From Anaerolineales bacterium (GTDB lineage Bacteria > Chloroflexota > Anaerolineae > Anaerolineales > Villigracilaceae): 64,000 bases of DNA. The position numbers and the translations under genes are program-made. Position 1 is the stretch's first letter, and every line of letters begins with the position of its first letter. Positions 37,917 through 47,560 of the stretch are shown one piece after another. Under the pieces are notes generated by a model. That model was not told the DNA's origin and searched no databases. It worked only from the letters and a program-made list of their open reading frames with translations. The stretch covers positions 32,100 to 96,099 of the forward strand of contig CAKKRM010000001.1 of NCBI GenBank assembly GCA_919902735.1, written 5' to 3'.

Positions 37917-39667
37917 CGCGGTACTCCAGTTGCGCCTAATTGCTTCCAGAATTGAATCCACGCGGAAGGGATCGAGACCAGCACAGGGAATAACGCACCG
38001 CGTCCACCAGAGGGCGCGGCAAGAAATACGCGCGGAGGTAATCGTGAGGTGATCTCTGCATTCTTCCTGGCTTCACTTTCTGGAACGCCGAGGGAACGAT
38101 AGAAGGCAAAGGCTTCATCGGGTCCAAGCCGTCCAATGAATGAGGTCGATGCAAGGCTCAGCGAAGTTGGATTCTTCATCAGGTCGGCAGGCAGGTGCGT
38201 GATGAGCGTCACACCCACACCACGTTTGCGTGCGCGTCGTCCGAGTTCATCCAATAGATCAGTGAACGGACCGCTGCGCAATAATCGCCAGCCTTCATCA
38301 ATAAAGATGTCCATCGGCTGTTTCCCGATCGTGACCGCGTGATACAAAAACCATGCAAGCACTGCATGAACTATCGCGCGGTTTTCTTCACGCAGAGAAG
38401 ATAGATCGAAGTTCCACCATTGGCCAGCAGGGAAATGCGGAGATAACAAAGCTTTGGGTCTATCGAAGAATCCTTCGAACAATCCACCGCGCATGAATGG
38501 TCGTAGTAATGCCAATGGCATGGCTGCTTCGGGCGCATTGATCGTTCCCAATGTTTCAACGAATTCCGCAATGGACATCGGGCCGGGCCGTCTTTCCCAT
38601 CTACGCTTCACAGCTTCATGCAAAGCAGCCTGTACGCCGGGAGATAAAACAGATTCACCTGCGAGTGCTGCAATGAGGAAACGTGTTGCTAATAAAAGTT
38701 CAGCAGGGTTCTCTCCCTGTAAGGGATGAATCAGACAGGTTTCCTTATCATCGGGAATCCCAGCTGGCACGACTCTTCCACCAACCGCTTCACATAGTTT
38801 GTTGTTCTCCCCTTCTGGATCAATGGAGATCACTGTGCGTCCCTGCAATAACCGTTGTAGCATGATCCAGCGTAATAGGCTGGTCTTGCCAGCGCCGGGC
38901 TCACCAAGGATCAAAGTGGTTGCATGGGGTGGAGGCGGGACGGCAGGATCAAGCCCTTTGGTGAATGAAAAATGTACATCCCGTCCATCACGCGCGTGGG
39001 TGCCGATCCAGACAGAATCTTCTGCGGGCAATACCTGACGCGAGGGTATTGGTAACAGCGGAAGTGTTTCTTCCAGAAAGAGGGTGGGTTCATCCAAACC
39101 GGGAAACAATTTTCCACCGGGTTGGAAATGATGGATGGCGCGCTCGGCAATATAAAAGAGTCTCTGTGCGGTTAGCCCACGTGCTCGTAAATTTGATTCG
39201 ATGACTCTGCGCGCGGCTTCGGCTTCTTCAAAGCGATTACGTTCCACGAATAAACCAGTCATCAATGCGATTTGAAAAGCCGGCTTGCCAAAGGTCAGTT
39301 CGGACTCTGCCGCGTCCATCGCATGGTCGGCGGAACGTTCTGCCATCGAGGGACGGCGGCCTGTCTTTTCTGCCAGTGCCATCATGAAACCTTCGAAGAG
39401 TGTGCGGCGCGCGCGCAAGGAACCACGCAGGACATCCGGCGGTTCACGGCGCAAGGCTAATGAATACAGCACCGGCAAATTTGGATAGAATACATCAGAG
39501 GTAAGGCGTGACCAGGGACGATCTGCCATCCCCGGCACACCGCTGCCACGTGCGGAAAGGGGCAGTAGATAACCGCCTGGAAAAAGCAGATGATCTTCCA
39601 GAACTTCAACGGCTTCCGATGCAATGGATGCGGCAAATTGATCTTGTGGTTCAGGCATGGGGCACAT
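37913..39667 (-). CDS. VirB4/TraC-like (AAA_10-type) conjugation ATPase
   Basis: Walker A LILGEPGAGKTSLL, VISIDPEGE, Walker B MDIFIDEGWRLL. The ORF-track start at 39682 is a GTG lying inside a hairpin/T-run; the first ATG is at 39667. Confidence 0.6.
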   Translation of the reverse strand: MCPMPEPQDQFAASIASEAVEVLEDHLLFPGGYLLPLSARGSGVPGMADRPWSRLTSDVFYPNLPVLYSLALRREPPDVLRGSLRARRTLFEGFMMALAEKTGRRPSMAERSADHAMDAAESELTFGKPAFQIALMTGLFVERNRFEEAEAARRVIESNLRARGLTAQRLFYIAERAIHHFQPGGKLFPGLDEPTLFLEETLPLLPIPSRQVLPAEDSVWIGTHARDGRDVHFSFTKGLDPAVPPPPHATTLILGEPGAGKTSLLRWIMLQRLLQGRTVISIDPEGENNKLCEAVGGRVVPAGIPDDKETCLIHPLQGENPAELLLATRFLIAALAGESVLSPGVQAALHEAVKRRWERRPGPMSIAEFVETLGTINAPEAAMPLALLRPFMRGGLFEGFFDRPKALLSPHFPAGQWWNFDLSSLREENRAIVHAVLAWFLYHAVTIGKQPMDIFIDEGWRLLRSGPFTDLLDELGRRARKRGVGVTLITHLPADLMKNPTSLSLASTSFIGRLGPDEAFAFYRSLGVPESEARKNAEITSRLPPRVFLAAPSGGRGALFPVLVSIPSAWIQFWKQLGATGVPR

Positions 39668-39678
39668 GATATAAAAAA

Positions 39679-39703
39679 ACACGGACGGGTGGTCCGTCCG
39701 TGT
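39679..39703 (-). terminator. Intrinsic-terminator-like hairpin plus T7 run (minus-strand sense)
   Basis: acacggacgg / gtggt / ccgtccgtgt. On the minus strand the hairpin is followed by TTTTTTT (39673..39679). Confidence 0.5.
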
Positions 39704-39854
39704 CGCTAATTAATGCTCTTGTTTTCCAAGGAAAATTCTCTACAAGGGTGAAGCATCCTTCAATGTTATTCTGTTAATCCCTCACGCTAAACCTAATCTC
39801 CTTCCGCTCCATATAACTTATGGATTCGACTATAATCACCTATCTGTGATTCTA

Positions 39855-39917
39855 ACCTGCGCTATAAGCATTATCTTTTCCTCGTCAAAGAATTGATTTC
39901 AAAGTGATAGCGCAGGT
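39855..39917. promoter_or_regulatory. 11-bp perfect inverted repeat upstream of the KAP NTPase gene
   Basis: acctgcgctat (39855..39865) and atagcgcaggt (39907..39917), with a 41-nt spacer, ~95 nt upstream of ATG 40012. Confidence 0.35.
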
Positions 39918-40011
39918 ATTGTAAGCTACAAAGAAATCAGCTTTTTCGCTTCGTTGAGAATAGTTGCTAAATAACTATTTGTTCATGGTGATATTTGGAA
40001 GGAGTAATAAC

Positions 40012-43000
40012 ATGGCGGGTAATGACCATTCTCTTTATATTCAAGATGATGAGCTGAAACATCTTGAACAAGATACTTTTGGCCATAAACACATCGCAAA
40101 CGCAATAGTCCAATCGATAATAAATACTAAACCGCCTTATATAATTGGGATATTTGGTGGTTGGGGAACAGGCAAAAGTTCTCTTTTAACTATGATCAAA
40201 TCTAATTTACCGAAGAAAAAAATCGCTACTGTAACAATTGATGCATGGCGATATTCCTCAACCGGAAACCTACGGAGGGCGTTTTTGGTACATGTAGCAA
40301 ACGAACTTTCTAAGAGCATGTTAGGCGAGTTGAGAAGGAGACTTTATACAACCGAACAAGAAACCTCTCAGAAAGAAAAGTCTAAATTTGAAAAATCGAA
40401 CGCAATTAACTGGAGTAATTTATCAAACATACTCACAACCTTTATGTGGGTAACGCTTTTATTTTCTGGGTTTTTGTTCATTGCATTTTCATTAAAGACT
40501 GTTATTCAGTTCGGCCTGACAAGAGAGTTTTTCATAAAGTTTCAATGGATAGCTTTTGTCAATAAATTTATCGACTTGGCATTTGTCCCTTTTTTATTGA
40601 CTTTAGTAAATTACCTAAGTTTTTATATAGTTCAACGGCCGGTCACAATTACCCAGGAACGAATAGATGCTGACGAGCTTTTTTCCTATTACTTCCAAAA
40701 AATAATCGAACAGGTTACCAAGAAGAAAAAGCAATTAGTTATATTTATCGACAATTTGGATAGGCTGAATGACGATAAAATGGTTGAAGCTCTAGAAAGT
40801 ATTAAGGCATACATAAACAATGAAAATTGTGTTTTTGTTGTAGCTTGTGATGACAATGTAGTGCGCTCAGTTGTTAATGCATCTCCGATAATTCCAAGAA
40901 TAGATGACTCAAGTGGGCGTAAGGCTGGTGAGCATTACCTTGATAAATTCTTTCAGCAGACCTTTCGACTTCCCGAGTATATGGGAATAAATTTGCATGA
41001 TTTTGCTATGCAGAATTTTGCGACAACACGACTTTATTGGGAACTTAAAGATAAGGGTATTGATATTAGAGATGTGCTATCGATAATCTTGCCCACGGAC
41101 GTTAGTAGCCCAAGAAAAGTGAAAAGGTTGATTAATGAGTTTATTGCCCTTTATGAAATCGTCAGGAGAAGGGAAAATGAAGAAGAGGGCCAATTACGTC
41201 CTGGCCAATTAACTAATGCCGTTCATTTCTTGGGGAAATTTTCAACTTTGCGTGCAGAATATCCAGAGTTCTATCAAATACTAACAACAGATTCAGGGTT
41301 ATTAGAAAGGATTACCCAGACTTTTTTGAATAATGAAGATACCGCTGTTAGTTTGATTCAAGACAAGAAGCTGTCAAACCAGAAATCCCTATTAGCTTAT
41401 CTTAGAAAAACTCGAACCATTAATCCTGATGATCTAAATGCTTTTATTTGGCTAAGTCAAGATTTTCTTACACTCGGCCTACCTGGTAGCGAGGTGAATC
41501 TGTTGAGAACATCATTAGCAGATGGAAATATAGAGCAAGTGAAAGCCATGTTCGATAAAGCAGAGGACGATGCCAAAAGGACTTTGTTAGCAAGAGTTGC
41601 GTCCAGAATGGTGGAGCAGCGATTGGTCGGCATCGACCAGCAAAACGGTATTAGGATATTGGCGTATCTTTTACCAAAATTTGATGATTCTATTAGCTCA
41701 GAAATTGCCCATATTACAGTCACGCTGATGACTCAAATGGATGCCTTCACTGCTAGGGAAATCTTAAATGTATTACGTTTTGCTCAGCGAGGTGCCATTG
41801 ATACCCAAAGGCAGAGCCTGATAGATCAAATTTTGCGAAAACTAGATGAAAAAGAATCTAGAATTAAAACTTTTGAAGCGATTTTCGGCAATGCCGATGT
41901 GGTCGAAGAAAAACGATTTACTACTCGAGTTCAGCAGAAGCTTGCTGAAATATTAAAACCAGAAAGCCAGACTATACCAAGTGCAAGTGTTGACGTAGAA
42001 ATAAATGCTCAAATCGCGGTTAACCAAGAGTTCGCAAATTGGTTGATCTCTCAGGCAACCACATATTCAGATAACGATTTTGTCATAGATAAGTATTTCT
42101 CAAACGATTTAGTTGATTATATGGTTTCTAGATTATCTGGGAAAGATTTTAATTTGGAGCCATTATATATAGATGATCAACCTCTGGGTGAGAACATTGG
42201 AAAGGCATTGAATGTTGTGGCTGCAAGAATACTGAAAGGAGTTACAAATAGCAATTATTGGTTTGGTTTGTTGCGTTTATTAGAATCGATTGATATTTTG
42301 GATACAACGTATGTATTTGATAAATCTAGCGAATTGGCATTATTTGTTCCAGAAGATTTGGTAGAAGAATTTATTTCAGGCGCATTTCTTTCGATAAAAA
42401 GTCTGGGGCAACTTACAGATGATAACAAGATTGAAAACGCCGAGTTGGCACAACTTTTGGAAAAAGTGATAGGTCTTACCTTTCAGCTCAGGAGAAATAA
42501 GGCTGAGAAACTTGATAATCAAAAACTTGAGGCTCTGTCTTCTAGTATGTCAATATTGCTCACACAAGATTTTTTGCGTGAGAGGTTACTGACTTTCGTT
42601 GAAACATTTGCCAAAGAATTTGGCGCGAATGATGCGGATATATTCATTACCAGTACATTAAATGCTATTGCCGATCCTGTTGACAATTCAGAATTGGAAA
42701 GCACACTAATCTCTAAATGTTTTGAGCTTGAAGACTACCTTGGTCAACATCATCGAGATCAAATTGTTCACAAAGTAAATGGTTATATTAAATCAAATGA
42801 TCAATCCAAAATTGAATTGGCACTACCTTTGATTGAGAAATTAGGACAAATTTCTGTTTATAAAGAGCCAGTTAGAAATTATCAGCCAGAATGGTTGGCA
42901 ATGCTTGGCGTTGATGCTGTAACACTGCTACAAGCAAAAATTCAATTATTTGAGATGTTAATCGAATATGATTTGCTCCATGCCGATCAGTTCGTTGAAA

Positions 43001-43890
43001 AGATAATAAGTTTATTGCCTTTTGGGGGAGATCAAGAACGTCTTCAGATTGTATTTAATTCTGTTGCTAAGGAAGAAGAACATCTTTCAGTCGATGTCGG
43101 AAAATCGCTTTTTAGCGCGCTACTAGCGCACATTGAATCCCTTAGCACTCAAATATCAAGAGCGTTAGGCATTGCTTCAACCTGGAAAGAGAGTATAGAT
43201 GATGAGGTTGAACGCACCTCTTTTGATTCGGTTGTACTAAAATATTACAAAAGTACTCCTGACGAGCATTTACCAATCTTGTCGATTTCTTGGAAAGGCT
43301 TAACTGTTGAGCAAATTCAAGATCATCTAATTCAAATTTACCAAATTGAAATGGGTGAAAAATTAACCAATGCACGAGATTTGATGTTAATTAATGCACT
43401 TGAAGCTGTAGATATAGAAGATAGACAGAAGGTTGTTACATTCATTTGGGAGAAATTAATAAATGATCGGGATGCTGCAGAATCTTTTATGAGTGTTGCA
43501 AAGGAGTTCCTCGCTTTAGAGGATATTAATACTATGAGACAAATTTCAATTGATTTTATTAAGGAAAATACTAACCCCCAACAAAACGAGATAAATCTAC
43601 GTTTTTTGGCTGCGACAATCCGAAATGATACGAGAAATATAATGCCAGTTGTAGATATGTTCGTGGATATGTTTGGAAGGGCTCCAGAGGAAGTTCAGTT
43701 AGCACTTAAGTATATTGTAGAATGTCTTAAGCCTTTTGGGCTTCGAGATGACCATAAGGGTAAATTGGCGCAAGCAATGAGAAAGATACCAGTGCAAAAT
43801 GACGAAGAACTTTCTATTATCAAAGAGAAGGCAATTCAAATAGACTTAAGATGGTTCAAACATGACAGTGAGAAAAATTGGTGGCAATAG
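40012..43890 (+). CDS. KAP-family P-loop NTPase with a long helical C-terminal region
   Basis: Start moved to MAGNDHS (GGAAGGAG SD). Walker A IFGGWGTGKSSLL. Two TM helices (ILTTFMWVTLLFSGFLFIAFSL; LAFVPFLLTLVNYLSFYIV) are inserted before Walker B QLVIFIDNLDRL, which is the KAP hallmark. Confidence 0.75.
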   Translation: MAGNDHSLYIQDDELKHLEQDTFGHKHIANAIVQSIINTKPPYIIGIFGGWGTGKSSLLTMIKSNLPKKKIATVTIDAWRYSSTGNLRRAFLVHVANELSKSMLGELRRRLYTTEQETSQKEKSKFEKSNAINWSNLSNILTTFMWVTLLFSGFLFIAFSLKTVIQFGLTREFFIKFQWIAFVNKFIDLAFVPFLLTLVNYLSFYIVQRPVTITQERIDADELFSYYFQKIIEQVTKKKKQLVIFIDNLDRLNDDKMVEALESIKAYINNENCVFVVACDDNVVRSVVNASPIIPRIDDSSGRKAGEHYLDKFFQQTFRLPEYMGINLHDFAMQNFATTRLYWELKDKGIDIRDVLSIILPTDVSSPRKVKRLINEFIALYEIVRRRENEEEGQLRPGQLTNAVHFLGKFSTLRAEYPEFYQILTTDSGLLERITQTFLNNEDTAVSLIQDKKLSNQKSLLAYLRKTRTINPDDLNAFIWLSQDFLTLGLPGSEVNLLRTSLADGNIEQVKAMFDKAEDDAKRTLLARVASRMVEQRLVGIDQQNGIRILAYLLPKFDDSISSEIAHITVTLMTQMDAFTAREILNVLRFAQRGAIDTQRQSLIDQILRKLDEKESRIKTFEAIFGNADVVEEKRFTTRVQQKLAEILKPESQTIPSASVDVEINAQIAVNQEFANWLISQATTYSDNDFVIDKYFSNDLVDYMVSRLSGKDFNLEPLYIDDQPLGENIGKALNVVAARILKGVTNSNYWFGLLRLLESIDILDTTYVFDKSSELALFVPEDLVEEFISGAFLSIKSLGQLTDDNKIENAELAQLLEKVIGLTFQLRRNKAEKLDNQKLEALSSSMSILLTQDFLRERLLTFVETFAKEFGANDADIFITSTLNAIADPVDNSELESTLISKCFELEDYLGQHHRDQIVHKVNGYIKSNDQSKIELALPLIEKLGQISVYKEPVRNYQPEWLAMLGVDAVTLLQAKIQLFEMLIEYDLLHADQFVEKIISLLPFGGDQERLQIVFNSVAKEEEHLSVDVGKSLFSALLAHIESLSTQISRALGIASTWKESIDDEVERTSFDSVVLKYYKSTPDEHLPILSISWKGLTVEQIQDHLIQIYQIEMGEKLTNARDLMLINALEAVDIEDRQKVVTFIWEKLINDRDAAESFMSVAKEFLALEDINTMRQISIDFIKENTNPQQNEINLRFLAATIRNDTRNIMPVVDMFVDMFGRAPEEVQLALKYIVECLKPFGLRDDHKGKLAQAMRKIPVQNDEELSIIKEKAIQIDLRWFKHDSEKNWWQ

Positions 43891-43985
43891 CTATATAGCA
43901 ATTAAGAAGTCATCTTCCATCAGCGAATAGGTGACATGTTTTTCCATTGTTTATTACGGTTTGAAACGTTTACAATCAAGCCTCG

Positions 43986-46900
43986 ATGTATATTCATCTC
44001 ACCGCTCACTCCGCCTTCTCCTTGCAGGAAGGTTTAATGACTCCTGCCGACCTAGTGCAGGCAGCTCAGGCTCATGGGATGCCGGCCATCGGCCTTACTG
44101 ATCACAATTTGTTGACTGGGGCGATTGAGTTTTTCATTGCCTGCAAACAGAATGGAATTCAAGCGGTCATCGGTTTGGAGGTTGATCTTGGCCACGCTCC
44201 CCTAAATCTTCTGGCGACCGGCCTCGAGGGTTGGTCCAATCTTTGCCGGTTGAGCAGCGCTCTTGCCCTGCGTGATGACCCGGAAGCTCCATGTACATTG
44301 GATATGCTTTCAACATATTCCAAAGACCTGATCGCACTGAGCAGCGAACCGAATCCACTCAAAGAAATTTTTTCAGATCGTCTGTATGTTGCCCTGCAAG
44401 ACCCATCCAGCGCTGCTTCACATTCAGAGCTTGCGCGTACACTCGCATTGCCCACCGTAGTTACCCATCCAATCTATTTCCTCAGCCCCGAACAAGCTGC
44501 TCTACAACGAACTCTCACCGCGATCCGCTTAAACAAAACAATCAGTACCATTCCTGATGGTACAGTCGCGCCATCCAATGCCTGGTTCATGAGCTCGCAT
44601 GAAATGGAAACACGTTTCAAAGAATATCCTGAAGCACTGGCCGCGACAATGGAAATCGCAGAACGCTGTAAATTCGATTTGCCGATTGGTAAATCTCAAA
44701 TGCCCACTGTTCCTTTGCCCGTTGGAGTCACTGCGGCGCAACACCTGCGAAATAAAGCCACAGAAGGCGCAAAGAATTTATACGGTGAGATTACCCCTGT
44801 GATCCAAGCCCGCCTGGATCACGAGTTGGAAGTCATTGCAAGGATGGGCTTCGAACCGATTTTCCTGATCGTGGAAGACATCATGGATTTTGCCAGACAA
44901 ACTGGCGTTCCATTCTCTTCGCGCGGTTCGGCGGCTTCCTCACTCGTGGCGCACTCTTTGGGGATCACCAGCCCGGACCCACTACGGCTGAATTTATATT
45001 TCGAACGCTTCCTGAATCCAGCCCGCACCACGCCGCCCGATATTGATACGGATCTTTGTTCGCGCCGCAGAGACTCTGTCATCCAGCATGTATTTGATAC
45101 ATACGGATCAGACCGTGTGGCAATGGTAGGGACGATCAACCGATACCGTCCGCGCTCTGCATTGGGTGATGTAGCCAAGGCACATGGATTGGAACCTTTG
45201 AAGGTACGTGAGCTTGCCAGCCAGCTCCCGCATTCATGGTGGGCGCGCTTCGAAGAATCCGAAGAAGGAAAAGATCCTCCCTCTCCATTCGCAGAATTAC
45301 GCGCCATCCATTCAGCACAGCCTTATCAAACCATCTTCGATGATGCCGAAGCAATCCTGACGCGCCGCGTGCCGCGCCATCTCTCGATGCATCCAGGCGG
45401 TGTGATCGTAGCTCCGGGCACGTTGACCGATCTTGTGCCTGTCATGCGTTCGGGTGGGAAAGGCGTCATCATTACTCAACTGGATTTGGAATCGGTCGAG
45501 GCCTTAGGGTTGGTCAAGATCGATTTGCTGGGTATTCGCGGACTGACTGTCTTGGGCGATGTGGCGGAATTCATTCAGGAGAGTCAACCAGATCAATATC
45601 CGACTCCGCTGGCTGTTTTGGATTCAACTCCAGCGGATGATCCCGCAACAGCTCAACGTATTGAAAAGGGTGAGACGATTGGTTGTTTCCAGATCGAAAG
45701 CCCGGGCATGCGTGCCACCTTGCGCGAGATCCATGCGCGCAGTGAAGATGACATCATGGCCGCGCTGGCTTTGTATCGACCAGGACCGCTTAGCGGTGGA
45801 CTCAAGGATGCCTTCGTGCGGCGCTTCAAAGGGGAAGAGAAAGTCAAACACCTGCATGCCAGCCTCGCGCCGTTGCTCGATGAGACCTTCGGAGTCATTT
45901 TGTATCAGGAGCAGGTTCTGCGAATCGCAAATGAACTGGCAGGTTTTAGTCTGGCAGAAGCAGACCTGTTGCGCCGTGCGATGAGTCATTTCGATCCTGG
46001 TAAAAAGATGCAGGAGTTGGAACGGAAGTTTGTCGGTCAGGCACAGGAAAAAAGCGGCGTACCAACTGAGATTGGCGAACGAATTTGGGAAATGATGGCG
46101 GCCTTTGCCGGCTATGGTTTTCCCAAGGCACATGCCGCTTCATATGCAAGAGTAGCCTGGCGTTCAGCTTGGTGTAAATCATATTTTCCATCTGAGTTCA
46201 TGGCGGCAGTGCTGGCCAATTGGGGCGGGTATTACAGCCAGCGCGTTTATCTCAGTGAAGCGCGAAGAATTGGATTGATCGTTCGCCCGCCACACGTGAA
46301 TTATTCCGGGCATAATTTTTCAGTGAGAAAACTTATAGACTTCGATCAACGTGCGCTTTTCATGGGGCTGGATCAAGTCAAGGAATTAACCCAGCGGACC
46401 ATCAAGCGTATCATGCAATTCTCACCCTTCGTTTCTCTCGAAGATTTTTTGACGCGAGTTGATCCACGGGCTCAGGAGGCAGAAAATCTCGCGCGGGTTG
46501 GTGCATTGGATGGGTTGGGGAAAATCCCTTCGATACTCAAGCGATTGCAAAATGGGGGCTGGCAACAAAACCAGATGAGTCTCTTTGAGTGGACAGATAC
46601 CAGCGAAGAAGACTGGATATTGGAGCAAAAGGTAAATGCGCAGTTGGAGATCCTTGGAGCCAGCCTGGATGCTCATCCTCTTGAATTGGTCTCAGAAAAA
46701 ATCATCGCGACAGGAGCGATCTCGACTCTTGAGGCTGCTGAAAGAATTGGAAAAAGGGTTACGGTTGCTGGTGTGCGGCAGACTTCCCATCGCAGTCGAA
46801 CGGCAAAAGGCGATTCGATGCTATTCATGACTCTGGAAGACCTTGATGGAACATTGGATGCCATTCTATTTCCAGAGGTCTATCGCGTTGCAAAATCCCT

Positions 46901-47003
46901 TTTCGATTCAAGCAAGCCTTTTTTGATTAGCGGTGTGATGGAGATGGATACGGAACGTGGGGAACCTTTTTTAAGGGCTGAGAAGATCGTATTGGTGGGA
47001 TGA
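43986..47003 (+). CDS. dnaE: DNA polymerase III alpha subunit family (DnaE-type), short 1005-aa form
   Basis: PHP HLTAHSAFSLQEG, GLTDHNLLTG; PDIDTDL catalytic aspartates; KIDLLGIRGLTV; IGCFQIESPGMR; LYRPGP; ILYQEQVLRIA; GYGFPKAHAASYA. The C-terminal OB fold is VTVAGVRQTSHRSRTAKGDSMLFMTLEDLDGTLDAILFPEVY. Confidence 0.9.
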   Translation: MYIHLTAHSAFSLQEGLMTPADLVQAAQAHGMPAIGLTDHNLLTGAIEFFIACKQNGIQAVIGLEVDLGHAPLNLLATGLEGWSNLCRLSSALALRDDPEAPCTLDMLSTYSKDLIALSSEPNPLKEIFSDRLYVALQDPSSAASHSELARTLALPTVVTHPIYFLSPEQAALQRTLTAIRLNKTISTIPDGTVAPSNAWFMSSHEMETRFKEYPEALAATMEIAERCKFDLPIGKSQMPTVPLPVGVTAAQHLRNKATEGAKNLYGEITPVIQARLDHELEVIARMGFEPIFLIVEDIMDFARQTGVPFSSRGSAASSLVAHSLGITSPDPLRLNLYFERFLNPARTTPPDIDTDLCSRRRDSVIQHVFDTYGSDRVAMVGTINRYRPRSALGDVAKAHGLEPLKVRELASQLPHSWWARFEESEEGKDPPSPFAELRAIHSAQPYQTIFDDAEAILTRRVPRHLSMHPGGVIVAPGTLTDLVPVMRSGGKGVIITQLDLESVEALGLVKIDLLGIRGLTVLGDVAEFIQESQPDQYPTPLAVLDSTPADDPATAQRIEKGETIGCFQIESPGMRATLREIHARSEDDIMAALALYRPGPLSGGLKDAFVRRFKGEEKVKHLHASLAPLLDETFGVILYQEQVLRIANELAGFSLAEADLLRRAMSHFDPGKKMQELERKFVGQAQEKSGVPTEIGERIWEMMAAFAGYGFPKAHAASYARVAWRSAWCKSYFPSEFMAAVLANWGGYYSQRVYLSEARRIGLIVRPPHVNYSGHNFSVRKLIDFDQRALFMGLDQVKELTQRTIKRIMQFSPFVSLEDFLTRVDPRAQEAENLARVGALDGLGKIPSILKRLQNGGWQQNQMSLFEWTDTSEEDWILEQKVNAQLEILGASLDAHPLELVSEKIIATGAISTLEAAERIGKRVTVAGVRQTSHRSRTAKGDSMLFMTLEDLDGTLDAILFPEVYRVAKSLFDSSKPFLISGVMEMDTERGEPFLRAEKIVLVG

Positions 47004-47032
47004 ATAATAAAAATTTTTTGGATTATTGAGCC

Positions 47033-47560
47033 TCAAGCATGATGATATTCCAAATTAGGATTGAGCACCCAACGGGTCAACCCTTCAACGGCAGACCGGT
47101 CAAGATAACGAACACGCAATCCAAAGCCGGCGCACAAACCCGTGAGTGCATCCCACCATGCCACACCCTCATCACCCGACATGACAAACTCAAGAACCGT
47201 CCGACGTACAAAAGGTAGTGGGTATTCCTGTATGGAGAGTAACAACCCTTGATGCAGAATGTCCAATCCTTCCGTATTTGAAACCTTCCAACTCTGAACT
47301 TGTTTTTGAAACTCCAACCTTGGCTCGGGATCCGGCCAAAACAACTGCAAGAGTCGCAGAGTCCAACCTGGCTGCATCGAAGATAGAATGGATTGATATG
47401 CCTCCTGTGGCCTCACATCGGGGCGGTCAGGATCAGCATAGAGTTCAGCAAACAATCTTCGCGTGTCATCTTCACCAATCAAAGCCGCATGCGCGCCGGC
47501 TTGCGTAAATCCTTTTGCAAGCACAAAGGTGCGAGTTGAACCAATCGTTTGCTCGGCCAT
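47033..47560 (-). CDS. Hypothetical protein, 175 aa
   Basis: TAATG start/stop overlap with the upstream ATPase gene. No motif recognised. Confidence 0.6.
   Translation of the reverse strand: MAEQTIGSTRTFVLAKGFTQAGAHAALIGEDDTRRLFAELYADPDRPDVRPQEAYQSILSSMQPGWTLRLLQLFWPDPEPRLEFQKQVQSWKVSNTEGLDILHQGLLLSIQEYPLPFVRRTVLEFVMSGDEGVAWWDALTGLCAGFGLRVRYLDRSAVEGLTRWVLNPNLEYHHA

Noticed and set aside
44159-46864. Several 60-170-aa ORFs on both strands inside dnaE (e.g. 44819..45307, 45624..46133)
   Set aside because: They are nested within a gene carrying unmistakable Pol III alpha motifs. They are typical GC-rich shadow ORFs.
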